64,000 bases of DNA, taken from assembly GCA_965203805.1 (NCBI GenBank), contig OZ241917.1, positions 4,384,001 through 4,448,000 of the forward strand. The letters run 5' to 3'. A program made the position numbers and the translations under genes. Under the pieces are notes generated by a model that did no database searches, had not been told where the DNA came from, and saw only the letters and a program-made list of their open reading frames with translations. This DNA is from Candidatus Latescibacterota bacterium. Its GTDB lineage: Bacteria; Latescibacterota; UBA2968; GCA-2709665. Positions 59,997 to 64,000 of this stretch are shown here, in pieces; position 1 is the stretch's first letter; each line of letters starts with the position of its first letter.

Positions 59997-62900
59997 ATGA
60001 AGAAGTGTGTTCTGTTTCTCGGATTTCTTTCCCTCTGCACGGCACTGGCGTTGAGTGGCAGCGCCTGGTCCGGCACGACCGGAAAGATTGTTGGAAAGAT
60101 CCTGGACCAGAATGGCGAAGCATTGCCTGGCGCCAATGTGGTCATCGAGGGATTGAATCTCGGTTCCACCGCCGATGTGGAAGGGTTCTACGTGATTCTG
60201 CGCGCCGATCCGGGGCTTTATACCCTCAAGGCCTCGCTGATCGGGTATCAGACCGAGTCGCAGACGGACGTTCGGGTGCAGGCCGACGTGACCACGGAGG
60301 TCGATTTCACGCTCCAGGAAGCAACGCTGGAACTGGGGGAGATGGTGGTCAAGGCGGAGCGTCCTCCGGTGGAAGTCGACAAGACCTTCAGCAAGTACAT
60401 CGTGGGCGCCGATGAAATCGAGCAACTCCCCATCGTCCGCACCACCAGCGAAATGATCACGCTGCAGCCGGGCGTGCACCTCGACGGTTCCGACCGCATG
60501 CGGGGAAGCAACCGGCCCGGGGAATGGCGAAGCCGCACGGGCGGAGACGTGGCTTATTACGTGGACGGCGTGAAAATCGTGAACAGCGACGGCGCCGGCT
60601 CCCACAACTGGAAGTCCATCAACCGGTCGACCGTCCAGGAAATTTCCGTGGTTACGGGCGGGATGAACGCCGAGTACGGCAATGCCCAGGCCGGCGTTGT
60701 CAGCATTATCACGAAGGACGGAAGCCAGAACTTCCACGGATGGGGCGAGTACCGGCGGACGCCGCCGGGACAGAAGCACTGGGGCGCAAACGCGTACGAA
60801 AGCCCGTCGCATCTCGACAAAATGAAATGGGGCGAGGGCGAGTGGCAGAACGAGCGTGACCCGGAAACGGGTCGACTCGTCCACCAGCGCTCGGACTACG
60901 ATGAAATCACCGGACACGAGGTGGAGGGGAATGTCTCGGGTCCGCTTTCCAAAAGCGCTTCGTTCATCGTTTCGGGCAAGACGGCCCGGAAGGCGCCCGT
61001 CTATCCCTCGGGGACGGAGAGGGGCTACTATGACGACATCGGGCGGTTTGTTCCTTCTTTGAACAACTACCAGGGATCGTACAGCGTCACCGTCCGCGCG
61101 TCCGAAAACGTAAAAATGAAGATCGGCGGTCTGTTCGAGCACAACAAGAAATTCATCGGAACCGACCGGGATTCATGGCGGAACGAGCGGTCCGCGGGCA
61201 CCTCCAGCGGCGTCATCCGCGGCTTCGGCAAGAACATATTTCTGCCGGTTGATTGGAGCGCGGCGGGCAAGATGAGCACGACCCACAATATGCAATACCT
61301 GGCCGTCACCCATTCTCTCTCGCCCAGGACGTTCTATGACCTCCGGATTTCGCGCTATTCAACCGTCGACGACACCAGCGAAATCGCGGCGAGAACGTCC
61401 GACGTGCGTACGGATGCGGACGGATGGTTCGCCGTGGACCGGGAGGTCCGCCATTACCAGGTTGCGGACCGGAAGCGGTACCAGGTGAAGCTGGATCTGG
61501 CCAGCCAGATCACGAAGGGGCATTTCGTGAAGGCCGGTTTCGAGTTCATCAAGTACAGCATGTATCTCACCCGCTACACGGGAGAGAGCGCACAGGCCAG
61601 GCGGCTGGAGTTCGCCGGCGCGCAGGGCGTGATCGGAGAACCTGTCAAGCCCCAGCACCTTGCCATCTACGCCCAGGACAAGATGGAGTTCGAAGGTATG
61701 GTCATCAATGCCGGCCTTCGCCTGGACCTGTTCGATCCGGTCTCCAAATTCCCGGCTTCGGGCGCGTACGCGTTCTCACCCATGTACAACTCGCCTCTGC
61801 GGTTCCAGAATGCGCCCCACCGCGAACCGGTCGTGTTCAAGAACCTGAGCCCGCGGGTGGGGGTGTCGCATCCGATCACGGCGCGGTCGTCCATGCACTA
61901 TTTCGCGGGTCTGTTCCTGGCCTATCCGGATATCTATTATCTGTTCAACGGGGACTGGCGGACGTCGGGTCCCGACCAGGACTGGAACGGGAACGGCGCG
62001 ATCGACCCGGGTGAGCGCTACAACGCCATGCGCCCATCTTATCCCATTCGCAGCGGGCAGGGCACCACTGAAATCCGACCCGAAAAGACCGTTTCCATGG
62101 AGGTGGGGGCTGACTGGAACTTCGTGCAGGACTATACCGGCGCGATCGCGCTGTATTACAAGAGCGCGAAGGACCAGTACCATTACCATTCCGACGTGCG
62201 CTTTTACGCGCCGCACCGGCCCGGATGGGTGCATCCCTACGCACGGATCCTGCACAACAACGGTTTCGAAGAGCAGCGGGGTCTGGAATTCTCCCTGCGG
62301 AAGCCGCTCAGCCACAACTTCGCCATCAACCTGGCCTACAACATGACGTGGGCCCAGGCCGGATGGGGCAACTTCGACGCCTGGTTCAACTTCCTGTATC
62401 CTGACTCCATGTACATTGCCAGCGGGCGGTACTGGTACGAATACAGGGTGGAAAACGGCGTTGAGGTGCCGGTGCCCCTCACGGTGGAACAGATCCGCGA
62501 GATCGGGCACACCGCCAACAACGCGATCAAAAGCATCGCCCGGCGGGACGGCAATCCGGGAGGCCGGGGATACGAGCAGACCCGGATGACGGCCCGGGAG
62601 TACGGGCTCATCGGTCTGGACGACTTCGAACTGGACCACATCCACGTGTGGGCCAGGGGATATCAGACCGGCCTGAACGCCGACGGCGGCAACATCCGCA
62701 ACCAGGGCAGCGTGCAGTTCCTCTATCTCACGCCGGGGGACTACGGACCCGATTTCAAGGTGTTCGGAAGCAAGTTCCTTGCCAACTGGCGGGTAAACCT
62801 GCTCTGGCGCATGCAGAACACGGGTTCGTTCTGGTACACGCCGCCGAATTCCGGCCGCGAACGGAGGCTGCGTCCTATCCGCACCTGGACCGACATTGCC

Positions 62901-63137
62901 GTTGAGAAGCGCTTTCCGTTCGGTCATGGGCGCGGCGACGTGAGCCTCTTCCTGGAGGTGCGGAACCTGTTCAACCAGAAGGACGACAGTTCATACAATA
63001 CCACCGACTGGACCAACTGGGGACTGTTGACGGCACGTCCTGACAACTCCGAATTCCTCCAGTACGGGGATACACGCGACCGGAACTTCTACAGCCATCC
63101 CCGGCGCGCGGAAATGGGTCTGAGAATACAGTTCTGA
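59997..63137 (+). CDS. TonB-dependent receptor with N-terminal carboxypeptidase-regulatory-like domain
   Basis: GEALPGANV, LQPGV, YYVDG, TGGMNAEYGNAQAGVV, YAQDKMEF, SPRVGVSHP, terminal F. Confidence 0.93.
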   Translation: MKKCVLFLGFLSLCTALALSGSAWSGTTGKIVGKILDQNGEALPGANVVIEGLNLGSTADVEGFYVILRADPGLYTLKASLIGYQTESQTDVRVQADVTTEVDFTLQEATLELGEMVVKAERPPVEVDKTFSKYIVGADEIEQLPIVRTTSEMITLQPGVHLDGSDRMRGSNRPGEWRSRTGGDVAYYVDGVKIVNSDGAGSHNWKSINRSTVQEISVVTGGMNAEYGNAQAGVVSIITKDGSQNFHGWGEYRRTPPGQKHWGANAYESPSHLDKMKWGEGEWQNERDPETGRLVHQRSDYDEITGHEVEGNVSGPLSKSASFIVSGKTARKAPVYPSGTERGYYDDIGRFVPSLNNYQGSYSVTVRASENVKMKIGGLFEHNKKFIGTDRDSWRNERSAGTSSGVIRGFGKNIFLPVDWSAAGKMSTTHNMQYLAVTHSLSPRTFYDLRISRYSTVDDTSEIAARTSDVRTDADGWFAVDREVRHYQVADRKRYQVKLDLASQITKGHFVKAGFEFIKYSMYLTRYTGESAQARRLEFAGAQGVIGEPVKPQHLAIYAQDKMEFEGMVINAGLRLDLFDPVSKFPASGAYAFSPMYNSPLRFQNAPHREPVVFKNLSPRVGVSHPITARSSMHYFAGLFLAYPDIYYLFNGDWRTSGPDQDWNGNGAIDPGERYNAMRPSYPIRSGQGTTEIRPEKTVSMEVGADWNFVQDYTGAIALYYKSAKDQYHYHSDVRFYAPHRPGWVHPYARILHNNGFEEQRGLEFSLRKPLSHNFAINLAYNMTWAQAGWGNFDAWFNFLYPDSMYIASGRYWYEYRVENGVEVPVPLTVEQIREIGHTANNAIKSIARRDGNPGGRGYEQTRMTAREYGLIGLDDFELDHIHVWARGYQTGLNADGGNIRNQGSVQFLYLTPGDYGPDFKVFGSKFLANWRVNLLWRMQNTGSFWYTPPNSGRERRLRPIRTWTDIAVEKRFPFGHGRGDVSLFLEVRNLFNQKDDSSYNTTDWTNWGLLTARPDNSEFLQYGDTRDRNFYSHPRRAEMGLRIQF

Positions 63138-63161
63138 TCCATTCCGGATCTGATTTCGAAA

Positions 63162-63197
63162 GGGCGGGGAGCCCGGAGGGTTGCCCGGGCTCCCGCC
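63162..63197 (+). terminator. GC-rich intergenic hairpin
   Basis: GGCGGG(G)AGCCCGG..CCGGGCTCCCGCC with one bulge; no clear U tract. Confidence 0.5.
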
Positions 63198-63245
63198 GCC
63201 ACGCGATTCCTTCATTGACGATCTATACACGCTAAGGAGGATACG

Positions 63246-64000
63246 ATGCGTCCGAACCGTATGAACACCGTCCTGAAAGGGTGCGGTGGTTGGGCGTTCG
63301 CAGCAGTCCTGGCGATATGCTGGTCCGGGCAGGTCTGGGGCCAGGCGAATCACCCGGGTTCCGCCGGCAGGGGCGCCCTGGAACGCGGAATGTTGTATAC
63401 GTCCGTGACCAATCTGGGCACGCAGGGAGGCTCCATCGGGGCGGCGCTCTCGCGGTCTTCCAGCATGGTCTACCCCGCGACGGTGGGCGGGGACATCATA
63501 ACGGGCCAGGGCTGGGCGAGCCAGCTGCCCTTCTTCCGCGTCGACTGCAACAGCGAGGGGCGAATCGAAGCCACGTCGCACGGGGAGGGCATTGGCCTGG
63601 CGCTGCGGCTGCCGTCCAGTTTCCAGGGCTCCAGAGCCTACGACAATTTCTCCAAGAACGGATTCTACGTGGTATTGACCGGCCCGCGGTCGGACATGCT
63701 GGACGAGATTGTCCCCATGGTGGGAGACCCCGCCATGGATGAGGACCTGCAGTACCTGGGCGGGGAAATCAGGGCGCAGCCCTCCTCCGCCGAGGATCCC
63801 GGCAGGGAGTGGCGTAAAGGCGCGCCGTGGTACTACGCGCCCACGTGGAGCGAGAACCTGGCGCAGATTCTGGAGAATGCGCCCCTGAACAGGGCCCCCG
63901 TGAGGATCAGCAACTGGGCATGGGGGGAATACGCGACGCCGGGGCCACCCGCCGCACCGTCTTCCCGTTCCGACGAATGGCCCGAAGAGATCATCGTGAC
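63246..64000 (+). CDS. Secreted protein, runs off the window end (absent from the ORF track)
   Basis: AAGGAGG RBS; MRPNRMNTVLKGCGGWAFAAVLAICWSGQVWG signal-like start; no stop up to 64000. Confidence 0.8.
   Translation, partial: MRPNRMNTVLKGCGGWAFAAVLAICWSGQVWGQANHPGSAGRGALERGMLYTSVTNLGTQGGSIGAALSRSSSMVYPATVGGDIITGQGWASQLPFFRVDCNSEGRIEATSHGEGIGLALRLPSSFQGSRAYDNFSKNGFYVVLTGPRSDMLDEIVPMVGDPAMDEDLQYLGGEIRAQPSSAEDPGREWRKGAPWYYAPTWSENLAQILENAPLNRAPVRISNWAWGEYATPGPPAAPSSRSDEWPEEIIV

Overview
High-GC bacterial window. The gene mix (PhyH dioxygenase, Gfo/Idh/MocA, DUF1080, orphan MacB permease, FCB-type TonB receptor) suggests a Latescibacterota-like lineage; this is inference only. After three plus-strand genes, about 54 kb (4609-58451) holds only minus-strand intact genes. 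The 4.6-32 kb part is accessory: small-molecule-modifying enzymes, rtcB, toxin-antitoxin remnants, pseudogenes, REP-like repeats and a low-GC Shedu/DUF2971 defence islet. It is followed by a hybrid kinase next to a receiver-glutamate dehydrogenase fusion, a catabolic block, and a divergent TonB-receptor locus. The standout is the roughly 330-nt 5' leader of a small RNHCP-domain gene (20782-21115, minus strand). It contains a compact copy of the core of the 16S rRNA head domain (h28/h29/h30/h41/h42/h43, the uS7-binding junction) with compensatory base changes, placed between a 10-codon uORF and a hairpin that buries the RNHCP Shine-Dalgarno. This is a candidate rRNA-mimic riboregulator. All calls come from reading motifs by eye; no searches were run.
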